Under the pieces are notes generated by a model, which had not been told where the DNA came from, ran no database searches, and saw only the letters and a program-made list of their open reading frames with translations. A stretch of 51,469 nucleotides of DNA from Cyanobacteria bacterium P01_A01_bin.123 (GTDB lineage: Bacteria; Cyanobacteriota; Cyanobacteriia; Phormidesmidales; Phormidesmidaceae), in assembly GCA_039815185.1 (NCBI GenBank), contig JBCBZT010000055.1, positions 1-51,469 on the forward strand, read 5' to 3'. Position 1 is the first letter of the stretch; the number at the start of each line of letters is the position of its first letter. Of this stretch, positions 1 through 10,792 are shown one piece after another. The position numbers and the translations under genes were made by a program.

Positions 1-264
1 ATCTAACCTGCGTGTTCAAACCCTTTTTGCCTGGTAAACCCTTTTAACCCCGCGCCCCCATTATCTATATCTATCGCCCCGACGCTGCTTAAAAGATCGT
101 TTAGCAATATGGCAGTGCAATTCAGTGCGACTCGGTGCAGTTAGCAATTGGGTTAAAGCTAACTGATTGTCTTAGGCAAAGCGATTCAACCTTATTCGAG
201 GCTCTGAGCCATGGGCTAAAGTTATATTTCTCGGAGGTTCCGCTATACTGGCCTTTGAAATTTT

Positions 265-1467
265 GTGATTCGGACTAGAGCCTTGCCCCAAAGTGACCTG
301 TTCTCGATTTTTGATATATCTACCAGCGGTTGGGCGATTGAAGCCCGTTTGCTGCGTTGGCTAACGCTATTTTGGGTGGTTTTGGGCCTCGCTGTGCTCT
401 ATTCTGCGTCTTACTCTGTAGGGATTGCTGAAGCGGGAGACGGTCTACGTTACTTTAAGATTCAAGTGCTGTGGGTCTGCCTCGGGTTGGTGGGGTTAAA
501 TGCCATTGTGCATATCCCCTTAAGGTATTTGCTTAGGCTGGCAGGGTTTGGCGTCATCGTTTTGCTAGGGCTAATCTTAGTGACGCTAACGCCCGCCTTG
601 GGAGTTACTGTCAATGGCGCTACGCGATGGCTTTCCCTTGGGCCTTTTCTAATCCAGCCCTCTGAACTGATCAAACCATTTTTAATTTTGCAGGCGGCTT
701 ATTTGTTTGGCCAGTGGCGATCGCATTCCTGGCGTGTGCGCCTATTTTGGCTAAGCGCATTTTTGGTTTTGATCGGGGCAATTTTAACTCAACCTAATTT
801 GAGTACGGCAGCAGTTTGCGGTATGAGTCTCTGGTTAATTGCCCTAGCGGCAGGATTGCCCTACTGGCAGCTTGGCTACACTGCCTTGGGTGGCCTGAGC
901 GTTGGTTTATTGAGTATTAGCATCAAAGACTATCAACGCCAGCGGGTTATTTCTTTTCTAGATCCTTGGGCTGACCCGACAGGCCATGGTTACCAGCTGA
1001 TTCAAAGCTTGCTCGCCATTGGCTCGGGGGGGCTTTGGGGCGCAGGTTTTGGGTTGTCACAGCAAAAATTGTTTTACTTGCCGATTCAATACACTGATTT
1101 TATATTTGCGGTCTACGCGGAAGAATTTGGCTTTGTCGGTAGCATCTCTTTGGTTTTACTGTTGGCAGTCTATGCCACCTTGGCTTTTTGGGTAACCCTC
1201 AAAACTAAGCAGCGGGTTCATCGACTGGTTGCTGTTGGGGCAATGGTGTTTTTAGTGGGGCAGTCGCTGTTGAACATTGGCGTAGCTAGCGGGGCGTTGC
1301 CGACAACTGGTTTACCTTTTCCCCTATTTAGCTATGGGGGTAGTTCGATGATTTCGAGTCTGTTGACAGCAGCTTTATTGATTCGGGTCGCGCGGGAAAG
1401 CCGAGAAGCAGTGGTGGTACCGATTGGGCAAAAGCGTAACCTCCCTTCCTTGATCTCTGTAGAATGA
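265..1467 (+). CDS. ftsW: FtsW/RodA (SEDS) peptidoglycan polymerase
   Basis: About 10 TM helices; motifs NGATRW, IQPSELIK, QPNLST, LPIQYTDFIFAVYAEEFG, PTTGLPFPLFSYGGSS; heads the cyanobacterial ftsW-ccdA-ccs1 cluster. Confidence 0.93.
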   Translation: MIRTRALPQSDLFSIFDISTSGWAIEARLLRWLTLFWVVLGLAVLYSASYSVGIAEAGDGLRYFKIQVLWVCLGLVGLNAIVHIPLRYLLRLAGFGVIVLLGLILVTLTPALGVTVNGATRWLSLGPFLIQPSELIKPFLILQAAYLFGQWRSHSWRVRLFWLSAFLVLIGAILTQPNLSTAAVCGMSLWLIALAAGLPYWQLGYTALGGLSVGLLSISIKDYQRQRVISFLDPWADPTGHGYQLIQSLLAIGSGGLWGAGFGLSQQKLFYLPIQYTDFIFAVYAEEFGFVGSISLVLLLAVYATLAFWVTLKTKQRVHRLVAVGAMVFLVGQSLLNIGVASGALPTTGLPFPLFSYGGSSMISSLLTAALLIRVARESREAVVVPIGQKRNLPSLISVE

Positions 1468-1495
1468 AGGGATGGGGTAAATATGCTTGAAATTT

Positions 1496-2239
1496 ATGTG
1501 GGATACGTTGCAAACTGACCTGTATCAACTCAGCCAACTAGCAAATCACTGGGTTGAAGCCCAATTGACCCACCTCTCTATTGTCAGTATTGGCATCATT
1601 GGTTTGGCGGGCTTGTTGACGAGCCTGACGCCCTGTATGCTGTCGATGCTGCCGATTACGGTGGGCTATATGGGGGCTTACGAAACCAAGGGGCGCTCCC
1701 ATGCGATTTTTCAATCTTTGTGGTTTGCTTTGGGATTAGCCACAACCCTAGCGATACTGGGGGTGATTGCAGCTGTCTTTGGTCGTATTTATGGTCAAAT
1801 TGGTCTGGGATTGCCGATTTTGGTCAGTTTTTTAGCAATTCTAATGGGATTAAACCTGTTAGAAGCCCTACCCTTGCGATTACCCAACTGGGGCAACACA
1901 GAGTTTCTAACTGCTGAAATCCCCCAAGGGCTCAAGTCTTACCTAGTAGGCTTGACCTTTGGATTAGTTGCCTCCCCCTGCAGTACCCCAGTTTTAGCGA
2001 CGCTGCTGGCTTGGATCGCGACGACGGGCGATCCGCTTTTGGGTAGTGGTCTACTCTTGGCCTATGGCATCGGCTATGTTTCTCCTTTGGTCTTAGCAGG
2101 GACGTTTACCGCTTCGATTAAACGGTTGCTGGAGCTTAGACGCTGGTCAGGTTGGATTACTCCCGCTAGCGGTATTTTGCTTGTTGGCTTTGGCGTGTTT
2201 TCGCTGGTGTTGCGGCTGTTGCCCACAGGTTTGGCTTAG
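1496..2239 (+). CDS. ccdA: Cytochrome c biogenesis protein CcdA
   Basis: [10 protein letters not shown] and ASPCSTPVL redox-Cys motifs; hydrophobic; ATG 1496 preferred over TTG 1487. Confidence 0.93.
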   Translation: MWDTLQTDLYQLSQLANHWVEAQLTHLSIVSIGIIGLAGLLTSLTPCMLSMLPITVGYMGAYETKGRSHAIFQSLWFALGLATTLAILGVIAAVFGRIYGQIGLGLPILVSFLAILMGLNLLEALPLRLPNWGNTEFLTAEIPQGLKSYLVGLTFGLVASPCSTPVLATLLAWIATTGDPLLGSGLLLAYGIGYVSPLVLAGTFTASIKRLLELRRWSGWITPASGILLVGFGVFSLVLRLLPTGLA

Positions 2240-2247
2240 GAGAAATT

Positions 2248-3663
2248 ATGGCGTTAGAAGAGTCTTCTGGGTTCAAATTTTCGGTGGCTCAGCAGTTAGT
2301 CGTTCGATATTTTCGACGTGAGTTGTTGCCGTTGCTGGCTGATCTGCGGTTGGCGATCGCGCTTTTGTTGGCGATCGCGCTTTTTAGCATCACGGGCACT
2401 ATTTTGGAGCAGGGGCAATCCCTCGCCTTTTATCAGCAAAACTATCCAGAAGATCCGGCGCTGTTTGGCTTTTTGAGCTGGAAGGTGATCTTAATTGCTG
2501 GATTAGACCATGTGTATCGTACCTGGTGGTTTTTATCGCTGCTGATTTTATTTGGAGCCAGCCTAACTGCCTGCACGTTTACCCGACAAATCACGGCGTT
2601 ACGCTGGTTTTCGCGCACCTGGAATTTCTACACTCAACCCCGACAATTCAGCAAACTGGCCCTCAGTAGTGAAGTGCCTCAAACCACACTAGAAACACTG
2701 ATGCCGCTGCTGAGCCAGCGACGCTATCGCATTTTTCAGCGTGGCCCGGCCCTCTATGCCCATAAAGGATTAGTCGGACGGATTGGGCCCATTGTGGTTC
2801 ATGCCAGCATGCTATTGATTTTGCTGGGGGCGATTTTGGGTGCAATGACTGGCTTTTTTGCCCAAGAAATGGTGCCCAGCGGTCAAATCTTCCAAATTCG
2901 TAATATTTTTGAAGCCGGGCCTTGGGCCGCATCGCAAATTCCCAAAGATTGGTCGGTCAAGGTCAACCGTTTTTGGATCGACTACACGCCAGAAGGCAGT
3001 ATTGATCAGTTTTATTCCGATTTATCGGTTCTCGATCAGGCGGGAGAAGAAGTTGACCAAAAAACCATCTCAGTGAATCATCCCCTGCGCTACCGCAACA
3101 TCACGCTGTATCAAGCTGATTGGGGCATTGCGGCAGCGCGCGTGCGGATCAACAACAGCCCTGTTTTAGAACTGCCCATGGCTTTACTCGATACCAACGG
3201 TCAGGGGCGCTTATGGGGCACCTGGGTACCGCTTAAGCCTGATTTAAGTGAAGGTGTCTCCCTGGTTGCCAAAGACCTACAGGGGACATTGCTGGTGTAC
3301 GACCAAACTGGGCAGTTAATCTCAACCGTGCGCTCAGGCATGGCGACAGAGGTCAATGGTGCTACTCTGGCGATCGTGGAAGTGATTGGCAGTACAGGGC
3401 TCCAAATTAAAGCTGACCCCGGCATTCCCCTGGTTTATGCTGGTTTTGGTTTGCTGATGGCTGGGGTTTTGATGAGCTATGTGTCCCACTCTCAAATCTG
3501 GGCGCTTGAGCAAGATGGCAGCCTATTCATTGGCGGACGCACCAACCGTGCCCAAGTGGGATTCGAGCGGGAATTAATTGACTTACTTGACCAAATCACA
3601 GACAAAACGGCAGAGTCTGCTCATCAGCCACCTAACTCTTTAGGGTCATTTGAGTTGCCATAG
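2248..3663 (+). CDS. ccs1: Cytochrome c biogenesis protein Ccs1/CcsB (ResB family)
   Basis: [56 protein letters not shown] upstream; follows ccdA. Confidence 0.93.
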   Translation: MALEESSGFKFSVAQQLVVRYFRRELLPLLADLRLAIALLLAIALFSITGTILEQGQSLAFYQQNYPEDPALFGFLSWKVILIAGLDHVYRTWWFLSLLILFGASLTACTFTRQITALRWFSRTWNFYTQPRQFSKLALSSEVPQTTLETLMPLLSQRRYRIFQRGPALYAHKGLVGRIGPIVVHASMLLILLGAILGAMTGFFAQEMVPSGQIFQIRNIFEAGPWAASQIPKDWSVKVNRFWIDYTPEGSIDQFYSDLSVLDQAGEEVDQKTISVNHPLRYRNITLYQADWGIAAARVRINNSPVLELPMALLDTNGQGRLWGTWVPLKPDLSEGVSLVAKDLQGTLLVYDQTGQLISTVRSGMATEVNGATLAIVEVIGSTGLQIKADPGIPLVYAGFGLLMAGVLMSYVSHSQIWALEQDGSLFIGGRTNRAQVGFERELIDLLDQITDKTAESAHQPPNSLGSFELP

Positions 3664-3695
3664 GCTTAATTGTCCGAGCTTTCTGACAAAATTAC

Positions 3696-4706
3696 TCATT
3701 TCAAGGGGAATTGCGTTTCTCCAGCCCTGGCAAAGGAGTAGCGGTGAGGTGCTTTAGCGATGTCATCTGAGACAGCTATTTGGAAACGATTACCAGATGT
3801 CTCTAGCGTTGCTCCTGAATCTTGAATCCCTGAATCCTTAAGCACAACAGCGGGCCTAGTAGACTTGGCCTCTAAGCTGACTTGATCGTCGTCAGCCTCT
3901 GCTTGGAGCTCACGCATTTTTAACACGATCAGGTATTCGTAAAATGCTTGCAATGTACACCAGGCAAAGCCTGCGCGGCCGTCCCAAATGCCGCCCAGGC
4001 CCAAATACATGTATAGCCATCGGATCAGGGGGCGGGCAGGGAGTCTCAATGAAAGTCCTTTCAAGGCACGGCGACGCTCTACCTCAGAGCGGCCAAGTAA
4101 GAGTTTGTCCCAGGCAATACGACTAGATCCAAGCTGTTTAAGCGTTTCTCGAGCCTCATCGGTGGAGTAGCGATTGTGTTTTTCAACCCAGCGACTGAGC
4201 CCTTTGCTGCAGGTGTAGTGGGGGTAGGTTTCTTTGAGAAATCCCGTGATGCCCTGGCATATTTCTTGTTCGGTATGACCGTAGTCGTCAAACCAGACCT
4301 TGCCTTTTTTCAATAAGCGCAATTGGTGTCGGGGATATTGAGTGCTGTGGCGAATCCAATGGCCCATAAAGATGACTCGTTCAGCGACGTAATAGCCGAC
4401 AGCGTCATCGGATTTTGTGGCCTGCTGACATTCTTCAAACAAAGCTGGTGTCATCCGTTCATCGGCTTCTAGAATGTAGGCCCAATCATACTTTGTCGAC
4501 ACCGTTTCAAGCATCCAGGTGCGCTGGCGACCGTGGCTTTCAAACGAGTGCTGCACAATGCGCACGGGATATTGGCGGGCAATCTCCACGGTGCGATCGC
4601 AACTGAACGAGTCCACAACAATGACGTCATCAGAGACCAGCGCTGACTCAATGCAAGCGGCAATATCGCGCGCTTCGTTGTGGGTCAAAATAAAAATCGA
4701 AACCAT
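3696..4706 (-). CDS. Family 2 glycosyltransferase
   Basis: SIFILTHNE...IVVDSFSCDRTVEIA and LEADE GT-A motifs; ATG at 4706. Confidence 0.88.
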   Translation of the reverse strand: MVSIFILTHNEARDIAACIESALVSDDVIVVDSFSCDRTVEIARQYPVRIVQHSFESHGRQRTWMLETVSTKYDWAYILEADERMTPALFEECQQATKSDDAVGYYVAERVIFMGHWIRHSTQYPRHQLRLLKKGKVWFDDYGHTEQEICQGITGFLKETYPHYTCSKGLSRWVEKHNRYSTDEARETLKQLGSSRIAWDKLLLGRSEVERRRALKGLSLRLPARPLIRWLYMYLGLGGIWDGRAGFAWCTLQAFYEYLIVLKMRELQAEADDDQVSLEAKSTRPAVVLKDSGIQDSGATLETSGNRFQIAVSDDIAKAPHRYSFARAGETQFPLK

Positions 4707-4728
4707 ACGTTTATTAATCAATACGCAC

Positions 4729-4780
4729 GATACGTATAACAGGTGGTTTTGGAGATACGTATAACAGGTGGTTTTGGAGA
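4729..4780. repeat. Perfect 25-bp tandem duplication upstream of the GT2 gene
   Basis: GATACGTATAACAGGTGGTTTTGGA at 4729-4753 and 4754-4778, plus GA. Confidence 0.95.
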
Positions 4781-5010
4781 CGACCTTAAACCATTAAGCC
4801 TTGAATGGGGCGATCGCGCCAATATCAATACGCCACCTGGACGAAAAGTTAATCCAGCGGGATCTCTGAATCAACTAGGGATGAAGCTGATGGCAGGACG
4901 CCTTAAATGAGGCAAGCTTGCTATCTACAGAGAGTGAAATCATGGACTCGCATAAAGCCCAGTTAAATCCCTCAGCATGGCGATTATGACTCATGGGCCT
5001 GAGAATAGGC

Positions 5011-6168
5011 TTAATTTGAAGATGACAAGGCAGGGAGATGGGGCAATTGCCGTAGTCCTGCTTGAATTGCGGCGACCAAATGTTTGTTATCCTCTGGGGT
5101 CCGGACGGCAATGCGAAAGTAACGATCGCCCAGCTCAGGAAAACTTAAACAGTCGCGAATCAAAATTCGATGGTGGGTTAACAAATAGTGCTGTAATTCA
5201 GGTACTGAGAAGTTACAGTGCACTAACAAATAGTTAGCGGTGCCCTTTAACGGCAGCATTCCCGGTAAGTGGCTAAGAGCCTGCCGCAACCCGAGACGAG
5301 CTGCAGACAGCCAGGCCCAACTGGCTGATTGAAATGGATGATCTTGCAAAGCGGCAACGGCAGCGGCAGCGGCCAATACATTCACAGGCCAGGGGTCGCG
5401 CCAGGTTTGCCACTGCTTGAGTCGATTGGGGTGAGCAATGGCGTAGCCCAACCGTAGCCCCGGGAGGCTATAAAACTTCGTCAGCGATCGCAAAATCACT
5501 AGATTAGGACATCGCTGCACCTGGGCTATCAGACTAGATTGCTGGCTGGGGAGTAAAAAATCCATAAAGGCTTCGTCGATCACGACCAGTCCAAACTGTG
5601 GAATATAAGACATCAGCGTTTCCACAGAAAACTGACACCCAATTGGATTGTGGGGATTGTTAATCAATAGCCCCAATTGTTTGGGGGGAATTGGGTGAGC
5701 GGCAATCGCTGCATCAAGGCTATCTCTCAAAACCCCATCCCCAGGCTCCTGATCTTGAGCCAAACGATTGATGGCTAGTGGACAAGGCACAAGCGGGACG
5801 TTAAATGCAGCCAGGGCGCGATGATAGTCTCCAAAGGCCGGGGTTGGCAGCAATACTCCCTTTAAACCAGAAAAATCCCGACTGGCCCAGGTCAGCAGTT
5901 CCGCAGAACCGTTACCCGGCAAAATCCAATCGGGAGGTAAATGATGATGGCGACCGAGAGCCTCACAAAGATCGCCATAGGTTGGATCGGGATAGGCTGT
6001 GAGGTGACCTAAGCTGGACTGAATGGCTGCGATCGCGATCGCAGGCGGCCCCAACGGGCTAATACTGGCAGAAAAATCTAACAATTGATCGGGGGAACAG
6101 CCTGCCAGCGAAGCTGCCCAGGCTAAATTCCCCCCGTGAGTCGGTCGCGTTGAAAGATCGTTTGACAA
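5011..6168 (-). CDS. cobD: Threonine-phosphate decarboxylase CobD
   Basis: HGGN, DFSASISPLG, GNGSAEL, NNPHNP, DEAFMDF, RSLTKFYSLPGLRLGY (PLP lysine). Confidence 0.92.
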   Translation of the reverse strand: MSNDLSTRPTHGGNLAWAASLAGCSPDQLLDFSASISPLGPPAIAIAAIQSSLGHLTAYPDPTYGDLCEALGRHHHLPPDWILPGNGSAELLTWASRDFSGLKGVLLPTPAFGDYHRALAAFNVPLVPCPLAINRLAQDQEPGDGVLRDSLDAAIAAHPIPPKQLGLLINNPHNPIGCQFSVETLMSYIPQFGLVVIDEAFMDFLLPSQQSSLIAQVQRCPNLVILRSLTKFYSLPGLRLGYAIAHPNRLKQWQTWRDPWPVNVLAAAAAVAALQDHPFQSASWAWLSAARLGLRQALSHLPGMLPLKGTANYLLVHCNFSVPELQHYLLTHHRILIRDCLSFPELGDRYFRIAVRTPEDNKHLVAAIQAGLRQLPHLPALSSSN

Positions 6169-6179
6169 CAGAATTTTGG

Positions 6180-6458
6180 TTATTTGGGAGCCACCTTTTC
6201 CTTAAATAGCTTACCAGCCGAGAAGGCCGGTACCCGGGTGGCAGGAATGACCATCGTATCGCCAGTTTTGGGGTTACGACCTTCACGCTCTTTCCGTTCA
6301 CGGGGTTCGAAGGAACCAAACCCAACTAGGGTAACCTTCTCGCCCTCAGATACAGCTTCCATAATGGACTCAATGGCAGCTGTAATTACAGCGTCAGCCT
6401 GTTTCTTCGTGACAGAGGCCTTCTCGGCCACCTTATCCACAAGCTCACCTTTATTCAT
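6180..6458 (-). CDS. hup: Histone-like DNA-binding protein HU
   Basis: MNKGELVD...VTLVGFGSFE...REGRNPKTG...PAFSAGK; GAGGAG SD. Confidence 0.97.
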   Translation of the reverse strand: MNKGELVDKVAEKASVTKKQADAVITAAIESIMEAVSEGEKVTLVGFGSFEPRERKEREGRNPKTGDTMVIPATRVPAFSAGKLFKEKVAPK

Positions 6459-6712
6459 GTCAATCTCCTCAAACGGTGTACAGAGTTAATGGAGTTACAG
6501 TTTCCCAACTAGCGGGAATCGTCTAGATAAACTGCCCCAAGGGACAAAATCACCAGATCGCTGAAACCCTTAGATAACGGTAAATTTACTGCCCCATTCT
6601 AAGGGCAACCTTAGGAATATGGATCGCCAAAAGCTTGAATTTATATAGATTTCGGAGTTTTTTAGCCAGAACCCTGATTTTTTGATTACATAACGAAACA
6701 CTTTACGACGAC

Positions 6713-6752
6713 AAAAAAGGCTGAAAGCCTTAACTAAAAAGACTTTCAGCCT
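6713..6752 (-). terminator. Intrinsic terminator after pilQ
   Basis: AGGCTGAAAG / CTTTCAGCCT stem followed by a T-run on the minus strand. Confidence 0.75.
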
Positions 6753-6798
6753 GTTCGCACCGTTTACCCAGTAACTTAAAGAAGCTTAGCGAGAAAGA

Positions 6799-8970
6799 CT
6801 AGGGTTGCTCTACCTGCGACCGATCCAGAATTTCCTGAATGTCTTCGCTGGGTTGATAGCTATAGCCATACACCGATTGATCAGAATCATCCAAAATCTG
6901 TGGCGTCACTAGGATAACTACCTCAGCCCGAGAAGTTTGTCGACTGGTACTCCTGAAGAGTGCACCAATGATGGGCAGATCACCCAAGATTGGAATCTTA
7001 CTGACGGTATCTCGCTCCGAATCTTGAATAATGCCGGTGAGTACCAGGCTTTGCCCATCTCGTATCCGCACATCGCCGGAGGTCAACTCCCGCTCCTGAA
7101 TCAGGGCAAATGTGGCATTGGTCAGCCCTGGGAAGGCCTCAATAGAGGCAATGGAGGTAATGTTAGGGCTGACATTGATGGTAACAAAGCCGTTGTCATC
7201 AACTCGATCCACAGAGAGGGTCAGCACCAAGCCAACCGGCTCTGTCGTCAGCGTTACCGTGGTTTGAGTGATGTTATCACTAACAGTCGTTTCTTCTTCA
7301 ACCTCTGTGACGACTTCCTGTGTTAGCCGAACTGCTGCCGTTTGACCTTCCTGAATGACAAGAGTAGGATCGGTCAGAACCTTAGCATTGCCGTTGGTGA
7401 TCTGAGCTTGAAGCTGCAGGACGAACTGGTTGGCAATATTGACTGCAGCCTGACTCGGCTGAACCGGCGAACCAATTGTGGCGGGTGACGTTGCAGTGGC
7501 AGGGGAAGAGTTACCAAAATTAATCAGTCCAAACCCGGCATTGTTGAGGAAGCTAGTGTCATCAATGCCAAACGAAAAACTCACCCCGAATTCGTCTGTC
7601 GCTGACAAGTTAATGTCAACCACCTTAACGTTAACAGCCACTTGGCGGAGTCTGAGATCGAGCTGAACTAAAAACTCAGCGGCTAAATCAATGAGATGGG
7701 GCTCGCCAATCAAGGTGACTGAGTTGAGCCGAGAATCTGCGATTGCCTGTAGCCCGATTAAAGGTCGAGGAGCATCGGTAGCTGTGTAGGTCAGTGCCTG
7801 AATTTGAGTTTGGGTCGATGTAGTCGCCTGGGTAATCGGAGGTGCATCTTCAACGCCAGTATCAATGCTAATGACGTCGGTCTGTTCTGTGGTCACCGTT
7901 TGAGTGGTCTCTGCGCCCATAGTGGCCAGAAATGCCGCTGCTCCATCGGCGCTGACTTGATTCACCCGGAAGGTGCGACTGATCACATTCCGAGCGCCGT
8001 CTGGTAAGAACGGCCCAACAAAAATGGTACGCCCGACCCGATTGGCCTGGAGTCCACTTAGGCGCAGCACATAATTAAAGACATCTTGTACCGGTTCATT
8101 CTCGATATCAAGGGAAATCCGGGGGCCCTCATCGCCTCCTTCACCGCCATCGCCAGTGAAGGCCAAGTTTAAGCCAGCGGCGCGGGCCAACAAAGCCAAG
8201 ACATCGCGTGCAGGGGCCTCTCGTAACACCAAACGAGGGACTCTTTCGGCAGTGCCTAGGTCGATTCCAGGGGGAGTGGCATCGATGGTGGAAATTGAGA
8301 TGTCACCAACGGGCGGCGCAACGGCTCTAGGCAAAAAGGGAGGTGCAGTTTGCAGTGTCGGGTTGGGGATGGTCACCCCATCAATGGTGACGTCTGGGTT
8401 AGGCACCATGACTTCGGGATTCTGCTCGGTTTGCTGAGGGCCTGGATCGACCTCTTCGGGTTCAGCTTGCGGTTCAGCTTGCGGCTCGGGATCTTGGGCG
8501 ATCACGTTGCCTGGAACTGTCTCCAACTGATTGGGAACTGGGGTTGCCTGCTTGGTAGCTGCGTCGGGAGTGGTGTCTAAATTGATTACCAAGCGATTAT
8601 GATACTTTTCAATGACAGCCGCAGGAGATGCGGTTTCACCTACGACTTTGACCCGCACACTTTGATCATCCAGTTGGGTTAGGGTAATCGACTTAATCCC
8701 TGGAGCTGGATTGGTTTGGGTAAACTGCTCACCCTCCGGTAACTGCAGTTGGGTGTTAACCAAATCTGCCTGGTAGATATCACCCTCATTAAGGGCAAAA
8801 ATTTCAGGATTTTCACCCCTTTGAGTTTTTAGGCGCAATTCAAGCCCAGACTGGGTTGAGTTGAGATTGACGCCGGTGATTATGGTCGCGGCAGCATGGG
8901 CAGGGTTAGCCGCGATCGCGGCCAAGACGGTTCCTGCGAATAGACTTTTAAGCCCTAAGTGGCGTTTCAC
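6799..8970 (-). CDS. pilQ: Type IV pilus secretin PilQ (AMIN plus secretin domains)
   Basis: Signal peptide, AMIN-like N-terminus, PPFLPRAVAPP, KIPILGDLPIIGALFRS...VILVTPQI secretin C-terminus; last gene of pilMNOQ. Confidence 0.93.
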   Translation of the reverse strand: MKRHLGLKSLFAGTVLAAIAANPAHAAATIITGVNLNSTQSGLELRLKTQRGENPEIFALNEGDIYQADLVNTQLQLPEGEQFTQTNPAPGIKSITLTQLDDQSVRVKVVGETASPAAVIEKYHNRLVINLDTTPDAATKQATPVPNQLETVPGNVIAQDPEPQAEPQAEPEEVDPGPQQTEQNPEVMVPNPDVTIDGVTIPNPTLQTAPPFLPRAVAPPVGDISISTIDATPPGIDLGTAERVPRLVLREAPARDVLALLARAAGLNLAFTGDGGEGGDEGPRISLDIENEPVQDVFNYVLRLSGLQANRVGRTIFVGPFLPDGARNVISRTFRVNQVSADGAAAFLATMGAETTQTVTTEQTDVISIDTGVEDAPPITQATTSTQTQIQALTYTATDAPRPLIGLQAIADSRLNSVTLIGEPHLIDLAAEFLVQLDLRLRQVAVNVKVVDINLSATDEFGVSFSFGIDDTSFLNNAGFGLINFGNSSPATATSPATIGSPVQPSQAAVNIANQFVLQLQAQITNGNAKVLTDPTLVIQEGQTAAVRLTQEVVTEVEEETTVSDNITQTTVTLTTEPVGLVLTLSVDRVDDNGFVTINVSPNITSIASIEAFPGLTNATFALIQERELTSGDVRIRDGQSLVLTGIIQDSERDTVSKIPILGDLPIIGALFRSTSRQTSRAEVVILVTPQILDDSDQSVYGYSYQPSEDIQEILDRSQVEQP

Positions 8971-9035
8971 GGTTCACTCCTTCAAACATCTAGCTGGGTA
9001 ATTGGCAACTGTTAATACGCTTGAGACACTCTACT

Positions 9036-9100
9036 GAAATCACACCCGATTTGAAAACTTGGGATCCTAGCTCAGAATTAGGGGTGTTGGCGAAGATCAA
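9036..9100 (-). repeat. Degenerate copy of the TA-ended dispersed repeat between pilO and pilQ
   Basis: GAAATCACACCCGATTTGAAAACTTGGG is the reverse complement of the repeat right end (CAAGTTTTCAAATCGGATGTGGTTTA). Confidence 0.7.
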
Positions 9101-9129
9101 AACCCCGCTTTAGAGCCCAATCTTTGGGG

Positions 9130-10017
9130 CTAACCTTCGGGCTCGGCTGCCTCATCTCCTTCTCCTCCTTCTCCCGCTTCTCCTTCTGCCCCTTCTTCTC
9201 CTTCTGGGGGAAGTTCAACGGTAGGTAACTCGTCAGGATTTTGGGTCGGTAATAAAGCTTCCATTTGGAAAGAAACGCTAATCAAAGCTCTAGGCCGCAG
9301 TGCCACACGGCCATTGCCATCGACAACAGTTTCCTCAATTGTGTCGTCAATTGAGACATCGAAATTTTGCACAATTAAGAGCGGCTCAAGGCGCTCAAGA
9401 TTGCGAATGATCGACTCAACTTGAGAAAAGGAACCCGTAATTTGCACCGTGGTAGTTTGAACCTCGACCTTACCATTGAGGACAGGACCATAGGTTTCAT
9501 CCTCCTCAATGACAGCGGGCAATCCTGAAGGGGTAAATGCCTGAATTTTGGCCTCAATCACCTCAGGTTCTAAATCAAGTCCAAGGGCGTTGATTCGCTC
9601 TCTGACTCGATTTTTTTGGGCCTGGATCCCAGCATTGGTATCCTGAACCCGTTGATTGAGATCTAACAATAAAGTTTCTAAGTCGGTTTGACTGGCTAAC
9701 AATGAATAAATGTCCCGTCGCTGGGCAACGACGCGATCTAATTCTGCACGAATCTCTTCAATGTCTTCGAGTTGTTGCTTCTGGGTAATCAATTGCTGCT
9801 CTTTTTGTTCAATCGTGTCGCGCAGCTCTGCATTACCCACACGCTGGGGATTGACCAAGCGAACAAACCCAAATACTGCTAACCCTACCCCCAACAACCC
9901 AATCAAAATACCTTGAATTTGAGGAGTCATTTCAACGCCAAAGGCCACGGGATATGTTGGCCCCGCGTCTTCAAATCCTAGGTCGTCGTTAGCGGGAAAA
10001 TCTCCACCTGCGGTCAT
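9130..10017 (-). CDS. pilO: Type IV pilus assembly protein PilO
   Basis: TM helix plus coiled coil, LETLLLDLN, IIRNLERLEPLL; position in operon; acidic tail. Confidence 0.85.
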   Translation of the reverse strand: MTAGGDFPANDDLGFEDAGPTYPVAFGVEMTPQIQGILIGLLGVGLAVFGFVRLVNPQRVGNAELRDTIEQKEQQLITQKQQLEDIEEIRAELDRVVAQRRDIYSLLASQTDLETLLLDLNQRVQDTNAGIQAQKNRVRERINALGLDLEPEVIEAKIQAFTPSGLPAVIEEDETYGPVLNGKVEVQTTTVQITGSFSQVESIIRNLERLEPLLIVQNFDVSIDDTIEETVVDGNGRVALRPRALISVSFQMEALLPTQNPDELPTVELPPEGEEGAEGEAGEGGEGDEAAEPEG

Positions 10018-10790
10018 GGCTCAACCACTCCTGTTTGCTGAAGGGCTCGAATGCGGGCAACAAGACCAACCGTGCCTTTTTGCTCCAAAATCTGAAGTAG
10101 TTCCGAGGCCGGGACGTTATTGATATTGCTGCTAACGGTGTATTCCACCAATTGAACGCTAGTATCCGATTGGGCCCCTTCTCCAGGGCATCGGCCATCG
10201 ACCTCATCACCAAGGGAAGCCTGAACTAGCTGCGTCGTTTCACCGTCTAAAAAGGGCGATCGCTGAAGGGTTAAAAAGAAATCGTTAACATCGTCGTAGG
10301 AACAGGCCGTACCTAAAACCTGAACCCCACCATTTTCTGGGGGAATAGGCTCCTCTGAGCCTTCTACATCAACGGCTAAACCGGGCGTTTGCTGGATGGA
10401 GGTAATCTGAGCCCGAGCCGGAATCCGATCTCGAGAATCTTGTAATAAGGCTGACCAAGGCCGAATTTGCTCGAATACCTCAACCCAGGCCCGATTCTCT
10501 TCGACAATCAGATCTGTTTGAGCCAGGATTATCCTGACTTCTTGCAGTTGATTTTGTAGCGCGCTGAGTTCTTCATCCAGTTCTGCCTGACGGGCGTTTA
10601 GTCGGCTTTCTTCGTACTTGAGATAGCCAAAGTAGCCGCCAACGATGGCTAAAGCTGCTACTGCAGCGCCAATGCCCAAGAACAGCGGGCGACGATCCCC
10701 AGCAGGGGGTTGCCCGCCCCCCTGAAACTGTGATGGCTGAACCTGGCGGATTTCGCGATCGCTTAAAAAGTTAATATCAACGCCATACAT
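10014..10790 (-). CDS. pilN: Type IV pilus assembly protein PilN
   Basis: MYGVDINFL, TM plus coiled coil, IRPWSALLQD, DVNDFFLTLQRSPFL; 4-bp overlap with pilO. Confidence 0.9.
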   Translation of the reverse strand: MYGVDINFLSDREIRQVQPSQFQGGGQPPAGDRRPLFLGIGAAVAALAIVGGYFGYLKYEESRLNARQAELDEELSALQNQLQEVRIILAQTDLIVEENRAWVEVFEQIRPWSALLQDSRDRIPARAQITSIQQTPGLAVDVEGSEEPIPPENGGVQVLGTACSYDDVNDFFLTLQRSPFLDGETTQLVQASLGDEVDGRCPGEGAQSDTSVQLVEYTVSSNINNVPASELLQILEQKGTVGLVARIRALQQTGVVEP

Positions 10791-10792
10791 GG

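Noticed and set aside
2350..2385. 18-bp HIP1-containing tandem repeat in ccs1
   Set aside because: It encodes [12 protein letters not shown], a normal part of the Ccs1 first TM helix, and is explained by HIP1-biased codon choice.
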